Part shown: piece after piece, positions 37,655 to 46,942 of the stretch
Numbering within the stretch: the stretch's first letter is position 1
Layout: each line of letters begins with the position of its first letter
Origin: a virus
Strand: one strand, 5' to 3'
Length of the DNA: 64,000 nt
Virus record (IMG/VR): IMGVR_UViG_3300010396_000010
Span: 8,350 to 72,349 of that record
The notes under the pieces: model-generated
Database searches by the model: none
What the model saw: only the letters and a program-made list of their open reading frames with translations
Told to the model about the DNA's origin: nothing
Translations under genes and position numbers: made by a program

Positions 37655-37891
37655 CTACACCTCATCCAGTTCGACCACGTGATGCTTGAAGGCGTAGACC
37701 ATCAGCCCCACGCGGTTGCGCACGCCTACTTTGCTCAGCAGCACACCAATATAATTCTTGACGGTTTTTCCGGCTAATCCCATATCTTTGCCGATCTCAT
37801 CCTGGTTCTTCCCTTGCGCTAACCCCAGGATGATATGGATGTCCGTCGCGTTCAGCGCCTTTAATCGCTCACGACACTGCGCACAATGCAT
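37655..37891 (-). CDS. LuxR-type HTH protein
   Basis: LAQGKNQDEIG..GKTVKNYI..LLSKVGVRNR. Confidence 0.8.
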   Translation of the reverse strand: MHCAQCRERLKALNATDIHIILGLAQGKNQDEIGKDMGLAGKTVKNYIGVLLSKVGVRNRVGLMVYAFKHHVVELDEV

Positions 37892-37904
37892 AGCGATCCA
37901 CTTT

Positions 37905-39419
37905 CTACCAGTTCGCGGTGTGGAATACGCGGGTATCCTGATGGTCTTTCACCAACGCTAGCCGTTTTTCCAGACTGAGGAACGCCGCGCGTCCCGCCAT
38001 CGCCGTGATCGCGTCACCCACGCCGTCAGCCTGATCATCATGCCGACCATTGGGAATTTGAATCAGTTCGGTTTCATAGTCATAGATCCAGGGAGCGCCA
38101 CGCCGATGGTAGACGGACTTTGCCCGATAGTGCGCCGCCGTTGTTGCCTGGCGACTCTCTTTATCCCCATGCCGCTCTAGTTCGATGATGGGCAGTCCTA
38201 ACCGCCGCGCATACTGGATGAGGGTAAGCTGGTAGGCGACCTTCTCAATGCCCACCGCGTAAGGATGCCATCGCGTATATGCTGTGTTGATCTCGTCCGG
38301 TTGTTCAGGACCAGGGAGTTTCTTGCGAACGATATCCACCACGAAGAAGCGGCCTTGGTGTGAGGCCACCGTCGCAATGACGAAATAGTCCGCCTTGGTC
38401 TTGACACTTGCCGCAGGGTCCACCGCCTGAAACCAGCGACAGGCACGGAAACTGACCGTCTCCTCAACGCCACTACTGTTCGTGAAGGTGATGCATTCGC
38501 GCTGCTCATCGACTTCGGCATACTGGAACCACTCCCGCTTGAAGGTGTTGCCTTCTTCGCTGCCGGGGTTGCCCTGGTAGAGACAGAGGAAATCAATGGG
38601 GTCCAGATCCTTCCGAATCTCGCGCAGCGCGTCAATGCCCCACACATCCGGCCAGTAGGATTCTTCGTTATCCGCCTCGCCCGTAATGGCGGGGAACGTC
38701 ACGAGGTCAAATCCCATCTTTGCTAGTCGCGGCACCGCATCATCATAGTGCCAGCGGTTGCAGACAAAGATGATGCGCCCACCGGGTTTGAGGCGACTCT
38801 TGATCACGGTCATAAAACGCCGGATAAACCGCGCCCGCCACGTCGGACTCTCAATCTCGTTCGGGTCAAACGGGTCGTCCAGAATAATCAGGTCGGCGCG
38901 ACGCCCAAGAGCGCCACCCATGAAGCCCATGCTGGAATACTGCGGGTCTTTCGCGCCCTGGTGACTCCACCCATCCTTGTCAACTATCGGCCATTTGCCG
39001 CTATGATCCCGCCACTTGAAGTACAAGCCCCGACTGGACCAGCCACGTTCTTTGTCCGGCATCACATCAGGAAAGATTTCCTCATGCCGCCCGTTTTGCT
39101 CATACACCTGCTGCAACGCCGTCAAGTAGGCGACAGCTTTATCATCGTTGGCGTGCAGGTGTAGCACAATCCAGTCAGGGTGATTGCCAATAATCCACGC
39201 TGGGGCGATCTCCGAGATCCACGTGCTTTTGCCGCTGCCGGGTGGACATACCACCACCGATCCCTTATTCCACTCCCTTGGCGCGACGGCATTGATAATG
39301 CCCTGATGGTGTGGCGCTGGTCGCAGCCCACGTGTCAGGACGCCATAGATGGCAAGAGATTCCCTCCCCCGGAGGATTTCGAGGGGTTTGAGTGCAGTGG
39401 GATCATCCATGTATTTCAC
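37905..39419 (-). CDS. terL: terminase large subunit
   Basis: PPGSGKST, GRRADLIILDDP, RWHYDD, VDPA, HDDQAD. Confidence 0.95.
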   Translation of the reverse strand: MKYMDDPTALKPLEILRGRESLAIYGVLTRGLRPAPHHQGIINAVAPREWNKGSVVVCPPGSGKSTWISEIAPAWIIGNHPDWIVLHLHANDDKAVAYLTALQQVYEQNGRHEEIFPDVMPDKERGWSSRGLYFKWRDHSGKWPIVDKDGWSHQGAKDPQYSSMGFMGGALGRRADLIILDDPFDPNEIESPTWRARFIRRFMTVIKSRLKPGGRIIFVCNRWHYDDAVPRLAKMGFDLVTFPAITGEADNEESYWPDVWGIDALREIRKDLDPIDFLCLYQGNPGSEEGNTFKREWFQYAEVDEQRECITFTNSSGVEETVSFRACRWFQAVDPAASVKTKADYFVIATVASHQGRFFVVDIVRKKLPGPEQPDEINTAYTRWHPYAVGIEKVAYQLTLIQYARRLGLPIIELERHGDKESRQATTAAHYRAKSVYHRRGAPWIYDYETELIQIPNGRHDDQADGVGDAITAMAGRAAFLSLEKRLALVKDHQDTRVFHTANW

Positions 39420-39645
39420 CTAATACTTGTCATTAATCCCACATAGGCTTCGTCGCCACTTTCCCGCATTCCCAATCCGCAGTTCCCCAATCCAGATACG
39501 ACATACCATGCACACCACTCTGTTGCAGCGTGTGCTTCACGGCATGCCGGAACTGCTTATGAGCATGCCGCTTATGCCGTTTCCTGCTGCCGTTATGGCA
39601 GTGCTGACACGAACAGGACTTGTACTCCCGGAACTTGTTCATTGC

Positions 39646-39864
39646 TTACGCCTCTTTCGGCGCTTCCCGCTTATTTGCTCGGATAATCAAGGTCTTTGGT
39701 AGTCCTCTCGCTGTCAATAGTTCGCGCAATTCATCATACGAAAACACTCTCGCCCCTTCGGGAATGGTGCATATCTCGCAGAGTGGCGATGGCATCATAA
39801 AACCACCACGGATATCATGTGCAACCATATCCGCAATCGCCTCTTGATATTCATCATTCGTCAT
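39646..39864 (-). CDS. hypothetical protein
   Basis: ATGA-coupled ORF. Confidence 0.5.
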   Translation of the reverse strand: MTNDEYQEAIADMVAHDIRGGFMMPSPLCEICTIPEGARVFSYDELRELLTARGLPKTLIIRANKREAPKEA

Positions 39865-40163
39865 GGCTTCTCATTCCTGGCTATAGCCGCATTCGCCCAC
39901 ATGACCGCTTCTTCCAATGCTGTCAACGCCAAACTCCGCTCTCGTGACTCCGGGGCCAGTTCGAGAAAGAGTAGCGCCAACGCTTTCCCCGCATCCCGTA
40001 GTTGCCCATACCGCACCACCTGCGTTCCCTGTGGTGCATGATAGGTGAAGTTATGGATCACCCGATCCCGATTAACGGGCGTCACCTTTGACTTCTTGGC
40101 TGCCACTGGCTTTCCCTTTAGTTGTGTTGCAGGGATGAATAACTCTTTGTCGTCACTAGCCAT
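39861..40163 (-). CDS. Acb2/Tad1-like hairpin protein (candidate immune-signal sponge)
   Basis: FTYHAP...SRERSLALTALEEAVMWANAAIAR. Confidence 0.65.
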   Translation of the reverse strand: MASDDKELFIPATQLKGKPVAAKKSKVTPVNRDRVIHNFTYHAPQGTQVVRYGQLRDAGKALALLFLELAPESRERSLALTALEEAVMWANAAIARNEKP

Positions 40164-40166
40164 TGC

Positions 40167-40502
40167 TTATTCCTCACCCATCATGGCACGAAACACGATC
40201 TCATATTGGCGCGTGAACTCTCGGTCCGCCTCGCGCATCACGTTATAGATCCGTCCTGCTTCTTCCCGCCAGTGCTGCTGCATCTGCCGCTCGGCCTCAT
40301 CACCGAAATCATCATGCAATCCTGCTACGATGCGCTCTATTTCCCGTAGCGTCTCTTCACTTATCACTGCCTGCCCCTTCGTCTGCTCCAATGAAATTTC
40401 TTTGTAGAATTTAGCGCGGTGCTTAGCCTTATCCACCGCGCCCCTTGTGCAATCATCGGCCCCTATGCAGTTACACAGCCGCCCCTCGGTGACACGTGAC
40501 AC
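40167..40502 (-). CDS. hypothetical protein
   Basis: ORF upstream in the same unit; start uncertain. Confidence 0.45.
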   Translation of the reverse strand: MSRVTEGRLCNCIGADDCTRGAVDKAKHRAKFYKEISLEQTKGQAVISEETLREIERIVAGLHDDFGDEAERQMQQHWREEAGRIYNVMREADREFTRQYEIVFRAMMGEE

Positions 40503-40677
40503 GGCGCATGCTGCGGCGAAGACATCTTATCAGCGATGGGCGACGGCACCACATGACGGCGCTCACAGCGCGTCACGGCATGCACCTCGCAGGTATGGCG
40601 TCTATACGCGCATGCGCCTACGCACACACGGATATCGAACGGTAGGCGCATAATGGATATGACTATTGGCAGTATAT

Positions 40678-40706
40678 TTGACATGGATACTCAGATGTGT
40701 GATACT
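40678..40706 (+). promoter_or_regulatory. promoter of the RNA-rich small-gene operon
   Basis: TTGACA-17-GATACT with GATGTG extension. Confidence 0.7.
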
Positions 40707-40712
40707 GAATCA

Positions 40713-41020
40713 ACAACTGAATACCACCTGATGAGCGAAGGGGACACGCGGGACCACGAACACCGTTACCAAGACTGGTCCATCTTGGTTACTTGAACAA
40801 TTGAATCAGCAGAGACGTATTAGAGCGGACCTATCCGATCTTATGAGTAGCGTGCAGTGTGAATGCATGCCGAGATCTCAGAGTAGGGGGACGATCCTCA
40901 ACCTGTGAGAGCCGGGACTCTGATATGCATAGCGGCAAGCAAAACCAGTGTTTGGTAGGACTCATAATCCTGCCTGTGCAGATGCGACTTCTGCGCTTGT
41001 CGCCCGGCTCAGATGAGCCT
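40713..41020 (+). ncRNA. predicted structured leader RNA with several pseudoknots
   Basis: About ten helices, including GGACCA/TGGTCC, TTATGAG/CTCATAA and GAGCCGG/CCGGCTC long-range pairs. Confidence 0.6.
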
Positions 41021-41049
41021 ATCACAAGAAAAGAAACGAGACAACGACC

Positions 41050-41220
41050 ATGTCAAAGGAACAACTGCTCAAGATCATTGCTCATGCACAAGCACAAATC
41101 GATGAGATGGAAGCAGAGGAATCACTGTACGAGTATGAGTACCGCGAAGAGCGCGCTTTGGATATGCGTATGGAAGCATACGCCTATTATAGCGGACTCA
41201 ATGACGACTACGATTATTAG
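41050..41220 (+). CDS. 56-aa acidic, Tyr-rich protein (not in the ORF track)
   Basis: MSKEQLLKIIAHAQAQIDEMEAEESLYEYEYREERALDMRMEAYAYYSGLNDDYDY, after motif copy 1. Confidence 0.75.
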   Translation: MSKEQLLKIIAHAQAQIDEMEAEESLYEYEYREERALDMRMEAYAYYSGLNDDYDY

Positions 41221-41284
41221 GCCGAAACCTAGGGGACTATACATCCCTGATGGTCTGCTGGTTATGCCAGCACTGAGGATGGCC
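41220..41284 (+). ncRNA. type II hammerhead ribozyme
   Basis: GGCC-GAAAC..GGUC^-UGCUGG/CCAGCA-CUGAGGA-U-GGCC; predicted cleavage after 41255. Confidence 0.85.
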
Positions 41285-41330
41285 GCTCTCACTGAGAGCT
41301 AGTATCGCAAGAAAAAAAAAGAGACAAACC

Positions 41331-41594
41331 ATGAACGTCTATCAGCAGACCTTGTACGACCGTGCAGCAGATGGCACTTTCCAACCCAGCGTAACGGAAT
41401 CCGGTGTCGCCTGTCAGTCGTGCGTACAAGACTGGATCAATGGCAGCAGTCAACAGCGTCGGCAAGATGATGGATCGCTCGTCTTGGTTGAGTGGCATCA
41501 TTACAATCTGATCTCCATCATCATCATCAACCAGCCAAACCAATACCTTGACGCATGCGAGACGTTGCACACTGCATCATGCGTGTGCTGCTAA
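41331..41594 (+). CDS. small Cys-containing hypothetical protein
   Basis: Follows motif copy 2. Confidence 0.65.
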   Translation: MNVYQQTLYDRAADGTFQPSVTESGVACQSCVQDWINGSSQQRRQDDGSLVLVEWHHYNLISIIIINQPNQYLDACETLHTASCVCC

Positions 41595-41633
41595 GACAGC
41601 ACACATCACAAGAAAGAAAAGAGACAAACCACC

Positions 41634-41843
41634 ATGAAAACCATCATGCTGCTGATCGTATCCATCATCCTGTTGTGCGCCATTGGCACCGCACACATGC
41701 ACACAGCAACCTACCCCAGCAACGTGTGTGCCAGCAATCAGCACATTGCCTCGTATGCACAGCCAACCACCGTGCGGGTACTGGTGCCAGGCAGCACCGA
41801 TCCCCAAGTGGTCGATATCCAGCAGTGCGTAGCCAACCACTAG
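41634..41843 (+). CDS. small secreted/membrane protein
   Basis: MKTIMLLIVSIILLCAIG signal-like N-terminus; follows motif copy 3. Confidence 0.65.
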   Translation: MKTIMLLIVSIILLCAIGTAHMHTATYPSNVCASNQHIASYAQPTTVRVLVPGSTDPQVVDIQQCVANH

Positions 41844-41940
41844 CCATAGCGCATGCCGGTACAGCCGTAGCCTTCGATGGCAGCATGCGTACCGATCCTC
41901 AGAGCGAGGATCTATCACAAGAGAAACGAGACAAGAAACA

Positions 41941-42231
41941 ATGATGCAAGCAAACAAGGCGTACCACTTCATCACGAGCGCGGGCGAAATGGGCATATAC
42001 AGTACCCGCAATCGTAACACGGCCATCATCCATGCCATCGTGCGCGATACTACCGCATATGACGATCTGGCTCGGTATGCATCGAGCGATTATCCAGTTT
42101 TCGCTCGCTGCGTGCGGGGGTACATCAACGATTTCCACGAGTCGCTATCCCCGATCTTGTATCAGCTTGCAACGATCCCCAATCTCTGCTGGCTGTATGA
42201 CATGCTCCGGCAGATGGCCGATATCGGATAG
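41941..42231 (+). CDS. hypothetical protein
   Basis: Follows motif copy 4. Confidence 0.65.
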   Translation: MMQANKAYHFITSAGEMGIYSTRNRNTAIIHAIVRDTTAYDDLARYASSDYPVFARCVRGYINDFHESLSPILYQLATIPNLCWLYDMLRQMADIG

Positions 42232-42239
42232 GGTGAGGA

Positions 42240-42299
42240 TGGGGGATATACTTCTCTAGAGAGGATATATATATCCTCTCTAGAGAAGTATATCCCCCA
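42240..42299. repeat. perfect 60-bp palindrome
   Basis: TGGGGGATATACTTCTCTAGAGAGGATATA|TATATCCTCTCTAGAGAAGTATATCCCCCA equals its own reverse complement. Confidence 0.97.
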
Positions 42300-42392
42300 G
42301 ATCTGCCGCATTGCAAGGCAATGCGAAAGTTTCACCACGAACTGCATAACATTGCATGAGAGTACCGCAAAAACACCGCACAATGCGGAACA

Positions 42393-42902
42393 TTATGCCT
42401 CATCATCGGATGGCGTGATCTGGCGTGGTGCTTCACTGCGAGACTGGATGATCTGCGCGTCGATCATGGCGATCTGATCGTCACTGATGATCCCGGCGCG
42501 TTGTGCTTCGGCGAGGATGTGGACGTGCAGGTGTTGCTGTGGCTGTGGTGGTGTCTGGTCCTGGGGACGTTGCTTGGCATAGGACTCAGGATGGCGGCGC
42601 TCTAAGAGCCACGCTGCGGCTTTCCAATCGGTGTCGGCTGCGGCTGTGACTTTGACCAGTAGGGCATGAGCGCCAAGGGCTTGCGCACGTTGGAGAGACG
42701 CAACTAATGCAACATATGGTTGCTCTCCTGACTCACCTTTCCGTAGCCATTGCCGTAGCGTCTCATGCGAGATACCGCAAGCCTCAGCAGCAAGGTGGTA
42801 CGTCATGCCGTCAGCAATGAGCGCGACCAGTTGCACCATGAGGCTATCGGTGAGTTTGGTAGGTCGCCCTCCAGCGTAGCGCGTGATATCGCTCTCACTC
42901 AT
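42393..42902 (-). CDS. terS: putative terminase small subunit
   Basis: GRPTKLT, HTH AAEACGISHETLRQW, DWKAAAWLLERR. Confidence 0.75.
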   Translation of the reverse strand: MSESDITRYAGGRPTKLTDSLMVQLVALIADGMTYHLAAEACGISHETLRQWLRKGESGEQPYVALVASLQRAQALGAHALLVKVTAAADTDWKAAAWLLERRHPESYAKQRPQDQTPPQPQQHLHVHILAEAQRAGIISDDQIAMIDAQIIQSRSEAPRQITPSDDEA

Positions 42903-42917
42903 GGTACTATCCTTTTG

Positions 42918-42954
42918 ACTAATACTTGACATGAGTAGCAGGATATGCGAGAAT
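42918..42954 (+). promoter_or_regulatory. phage promoter family member
   Basis: ACTAATAC-TTGACA-17(GATATG)-GAGAAT. Confidence 0.7.
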
Positions 42955-42986
42955 GAAGTATCACAAGTGAATCGAGACAAGAGACA

Positions 42987-43628
42987 ATGCAAGTTACTGT
43001 TACCGTGCAAGTGCCTGACAAGCACCGCACACGTGTTCGTCTGTTGCGCATGCAGGTGCGACCCGGCGCAGTGGCGCTAGGGAAGGCGCACAGCCGGGCA
43101 TTGCCAGCAACGCAAGAGATGCCGGTTATCGCGTCACCACTGGACGATCCTAATTTCATGGGCGGAGTGATGGCGTTACTGTATACGCCAGATCCCACAC
43201 CCGGTCCCAAGCCACGTAAGGCATCGTGTGATATTGATGCGAAGCTCCTGGTTGAACTGTGCGATTTCCGTGAGACAGCGCAACGCAACGCCGATCAAGA
43301 GCAACAATTTGCCCAGGATCGCGCCGATGAACGCAGCACAGAAAACAAACTTCGGCAACGTCACGGCAAGGAATTGATTCCCGCTGATCCGGAAATGGAG
43401 CAAGAATCGGCTGGTAAGATTGCCGGATACTTGCTCGTTGCGGATGCGATGCAAGAAGTTATCACGGCATGTAAACGCGGTTTCGATGATTATCTCGCAT
43501 GCTTACCAGCGCAAGTGGAATATCTAGAAAGCAACATGACCAATCAGAACGACCCTTTTAGCAGCATGCGCGACAAAATTATTGCCGCCGAAGTCTCTGA
43601 AATCACGCGCCGATGGATGGGGGAATAA
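42987..43628 (+). CDS. hypothetical protein
   Basis: Follows motif copy 5; first gene of the parB-like unit. Confidence 0.7.
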   Translation: MQVTVTVQVPDKHRTRVRLLRMQVRPGAVALGKAHSRALPATQEMPVIASPLDDPNFMGGVMALLYTPDPTPGPKPRKASCDIDAKLLVELCDFRETAQRNADQEQQFAQDRADERSTENKLRQRHGKELIPADPEMEQESAGKIAGYLLVADAMQEVITACKRGFDDYLACLPAQVEYLESNMTNQNDPFSSMRDKIIAAEVSEITRRWMGE

Positions 43629-43632
43629 GACG

Positions 43633-44619
43633 ATGGCAACGCCAGTTACCTACGATCTCCGTGTTGTCGATATCGCCCTTGTGGATGACAACCCGTTTCA
43701 GCCGCGCAAGAGTTACGACGAAAAGTATATCTCTGAATTAGGTGCTTCATTCCGAGAAGAAGCAGCAGCACAAGGGCAAGACGATCCCGGCTATGGCGTG
43801 AAACAACCGCCTCCGGCCCGCGAAGTCGATGGTCGTTACCAGTTGGCAGCGGGCCACTGCCGGAAGCGCGGTGTGCTGAAAGCAGATGGTAAAGTGTTCC
43901 GGCTGATTGTTGAGGATCTCTCCGATGCCGATATGCGCCGTATCGCTATGATTGAAAACATGCAGCGTCAGGACATGAGCCATTCCGATACCGCAACCGG
44001 CATTATGGATTATCTCAGAAGTCAAGGCTGGAAAAAGGGTGGTATTGAACCAACAAATGAACGCGCCATCAAAAAGACGGCTAAGGATCTTGGCAAGCCA
44101 TGCAGTGAGATTCGCGATTATATCGCGTTCTCTGCCTTGCCAGGCATGGTGCAAGGCATGGTCGATGCCGGACATCTCTCATTCCGACTGGTGGGCGATC
44201 TGGCAAAACTGCCGTTCGCTCAGAGAATGAAAACCTTGCGCATGATCACCACTGGCGGTAAAACAGTGGCAGAAGCAGAAGTTTTGATTAAAGCGGCGAT
44301 CAAGGAAATGGACCGGCAAGAGCAGATGCAACGCTTGGGCATGGCGGGCGATCAAGGCGCACTATTCGATGTGCCTGAGACGACGCCAGAGACGCGCCAG
44401 GCACAGGCAAAGTATGCCGCCGATATGCAGATGGTCGCAACCATCCTTGCCAAGTATGGCGATGCTGAGGGGGATGCGCTCACAGCCGCCATGCCGCTCT
44501 TAAACTTAGACATCGAACGGGAACGCATCAGGATTATCATTGCCACCGCGAAGCGGATGGACAGCACGCTCATGGCCGCGCAGTCACAACGCGATATCGC
44601 AACCATCATGGGAAAGTGA
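43633..44619 (+). CDS. ParB/Spo0J-like protein
   Basis: NPFQPRK, YQLAAGHCRKRG, MIENMQRQDM, HTH. Confidence 0.9.
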   Translation: MATPVTYDLRVVDIALVDDNPFQPRKSYDEKYISELGASFREEAAAQGQDDPGYGVKQPPPAREVDGRYQLAAGHCRKRGVLKADGKVFRLIVEDLSDADMRRIAMIENMQRQDMSHSDTATGIMDYLRSQGWKKGGIEPTNERAIKKTAKDLGKPCSEIRDYIAFSALPGMVQGMVDAGHLSFRLVGDLAKLPFAQRMKTLRMITTGGKTVAEAEVLIKAAIKEMDRQEQMQRLGMAGDQGALFDVPETTPETRQAQAKYAADMQMVATILAKYGDAEGDALTAAMPLLNLDIERERIRIIIATAKRMDSTLMAAQSQRDIATIMGK

Positions 44620-44620
44620 T

Positions 44621-44657
44621 ACTAATAGTTGACAGTGATGGCAGGATGTGACACGCT
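44621..44657 (+). promoter_or_regulatory. phage promoter family member (weak -10)
   Basis: ACTAATAG-TTGACA-17(GATGTG)-CACGCT. Confidence 0.5.
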
Positions 44658-46016
44658 AGCATTGTCAAGAGCGAACGAGAAAGGAAATGACATCGTGTTA
44701 TCTTTACATCAAATCATTAGGCTGCGCTGGATGCGCTCACTCGGCTATCAGATCCCGCCATTCGATTCGATGACACCGTTTGCTGCTGATCTGTGGATCG
44801 ACAAGGGCGAACGGGAAACGGGTGGACTGGAAAAGGCGTATCGCCAACAGATCATTAATCGGGTATTCAACACCAGCGTATATGCTCTGCATATCGCGCG
44901 GAATGCTGAGAGTATCGACATTTCACAGGAGTTGATTGAAAGGATTCGGTATATTGCAGAAACGCGCGAGATGCGATATTACACGCTAATTCGTGCGTGG
45001 TCATGAAAGTCAGGAAGTCGCCAGGATTGTAGGAAAGTAGAAAGGAAACGAGACGATGAGCCTTGCATGGCAAAAGGCAAAAGCCATCATTGGGTATTAC
45101 ACCACGAAGTTGACCATGCGCCACACTGATCCCGACTTCCAAGAAACCGTAGTCAAAGACATTGCGGCTATTGAGAAGTTGGCAGAACTGGATCCAGGGG
45201 AATTACAAAACTTGCTCCGCACCTACGCGGAGCAACTACGCCAGAACTATTTGAAAGTCAGGTGAACACCATGCGCGTGAAATTCTTTCGCAATCCGGTT
45301 GTGCGCCTGACGATGAAAGCGATCATCCTCAGCGCCATTGCCAAGAAGAAGAAAACCACGAAGCGCAAGTAACAACGTCAGGCAGGGACGCCACTCACAG
45401 CCCATTGTGTCAAATATTGACACAATCCGTCTGGTACACTATCAGCAGCAAGAAATATCCCGACTGAGGGATTGGTCACAGCGGCCAATATATTCAACAA
45501 CAAGGAGAATAGAACTATGACACTCCAAGAAGCGTATCAAATCATCAACGACGTTGACGAGGGAACCCGAACAGATCGCTACTATCGGCAACTCGCCCAA
45601 ACATCGCCCATTCCGTTTCACTCTGCTGAGGAGTTGGAAGAGGCATGGCGGATCGTCAACGAAGACACGGAAAAACGGATACAGGCAGAACAGGACGCCA
45701 TGCGGGAGCGGGGATTTGTTGAGGTTGATGGTCAATGGATGAAAATAGAGGGCGAAGGGAAGTAACAGAAAGGAACACAACCATGATCGACCAGGAAAAG
45801 CTCTTTCAGGAGATCGTGCGAGAGATCGAGGGACTCATTGCAGAGCAAACAAGATTGCTTGGATCTCCATTACCAACCGCCGTCATCATCCATGACAAGG
45901 TTCAGCAAAACTGGTATTCGATTAATAATCGACCTGAATTTGTAGCGCGACTACGCGAGCATTTCGGGGTAACTGGCGCGGATATCAGCGGATATATCAA
46001 TCTACCGCGCCTGTGA
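44629..46016 (+). other. cluster of small hypothetical genes (~44695-45006, 45056-45265, 45271-45372, 45517-45765, 45783-46016)
   Basis: Consecutive ORFs with purine-rich SD-like leaders. Confidence 0.55.
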
Positions 46017-46205
46017 AAGAACATGTGCGCTGCTCCCGAACAGATCAGCGCACATCAGCAGAAACGACACAGCAGACAACGACGACAGCCACAGACAGAG
46101 AACCTTGCCACCAGCAGTATACCCAAGCCTAGTACAGAAAAGCAAGACTCCCCCAAGAAACCACCGCGAACTGCTGAGAATTGCAGCGATTCGCGGTGGT
46201 TTTCC

Positions 46206-46472
46206 TTATGCAAACGCATACTGAGGCCACGCGGGAAGATACCGCTGCTGCTGCTCGAAGTAATAGCGGTCGGCGCGATGCAGCAACGCCACCTGCGCGT
46301 CAATCAGCGCGGCGAGTTGGTCTCCTGATAATCCCTGCCAGCGGTTCACCACCAGCACCACATGACGGCCCAGCTTCACATCGACCAACGGCGCTTTCCT
46401 CGATGCCACAAACCGGACCCTGACCCCGCGCATCCGCGCATCATCCACTGCTGTTGCAAGCCCTGTAGCCAT
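46206..46472 (-). CDS. small protein, possibly a degenerate ImmA/IrrE-like fold
   Basis: GVRVRFV...VLVVN...LAALI pattern but no HEXXH; divergent from the XRE gene. Confidence 0.4.
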   Translation of the reverse strand: MATGLATAVDDARMRGVRVRFVASRKAPLVDVKLGRHVVLVVNRWQGLSGDQLAALIDAQVALLHRADRYYFEQQQRYLPAWPQYAFA

Positions 46473-46691
46473 ATGGACTACTCCCCCTTCATCGGAATCC
46501 CGAATCAATTTTGCTACTAATGCCAATCAAACTCGCAATCGTTCTGCTCCTATTATGCCAGCAACATTATCATTTGTCAAGTATATGATACCAAAGACGC
46601 TACTAACTCACTGTAAAGGCAGGTCTTGAATTGTGGTATACTATGAGCGGAACACACAAACGACACGGCAGCAGCAACGAAAGAGGACCAT

Positions 46692-46940
46692 ATGACGCTC
46701 AAAGAACTGCGCGAGATCCGAGGGTACGCCCAGCGCGAAGTAGCAGATCGTCTGGGGATTAAGACGCCGAACACGATTAGTAATTGGGAGCGTGGGGCCA
46801 CTCAGCCCGTCCTACCGATGCGTCGCCTATTAGCGGAGTTGTACGGCGTGAGCATCGTGGAAATTAACCAGGCGATTGATGAGACAGCGGCATCGCGCAC
46901 CGGCACGACTACGCAGATAGACGCCATACAGGATCAATGA
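46692..46940 (+). CDS. XRE/Cro-like HTH regulator
   Basis: LKELREIRGYAQREVADRLGI..NTISNWERG..P. Confidence 0.92.
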   Translation: MTLKELREIRGYAQREVADRLGIKTPNTISNWERGATQPVLPMRRLLAELYGVSIVEINQAIDETAASRTGTTTQIDAIQDQ

Positions 46941-46942
46941 AC

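Larger units (their letters stand above)
41021..42986 (+). repeat. five copies of ATC(A/G)CAAG-N6-9-GAGACAA upstream of start codons
   Basis: Copies at 41021, 41304, 41605, 41914 and 42960. Confidence 0.9.

Noticed and set aside
15598-39164. Long plus-strand ORFs antisense to the structural operon (e.g. 17659-18651, 32426-33694)
   Set aside because: Shadow frames of GC-rich genes with no recognisable motifs
40724-40744. CTGATGAGCGAAG as a second hammerhead core
   Set aside because: GAAG instead of GAAA, and no stem II, stem III or NUH site; it folds as a simple hairpin
40831-41302. ORFs 40859-41302 and 40831-41025
   Set aside because: They overlap structured RNA and a better ORF (41050-41220) that carries the shared leader motif
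43201-43213. CCGGTCCCAAGCC resembling a twister ribozyme loop
   Set aside because: Inside a coding region (PGPKP) and lacking the pairing partners
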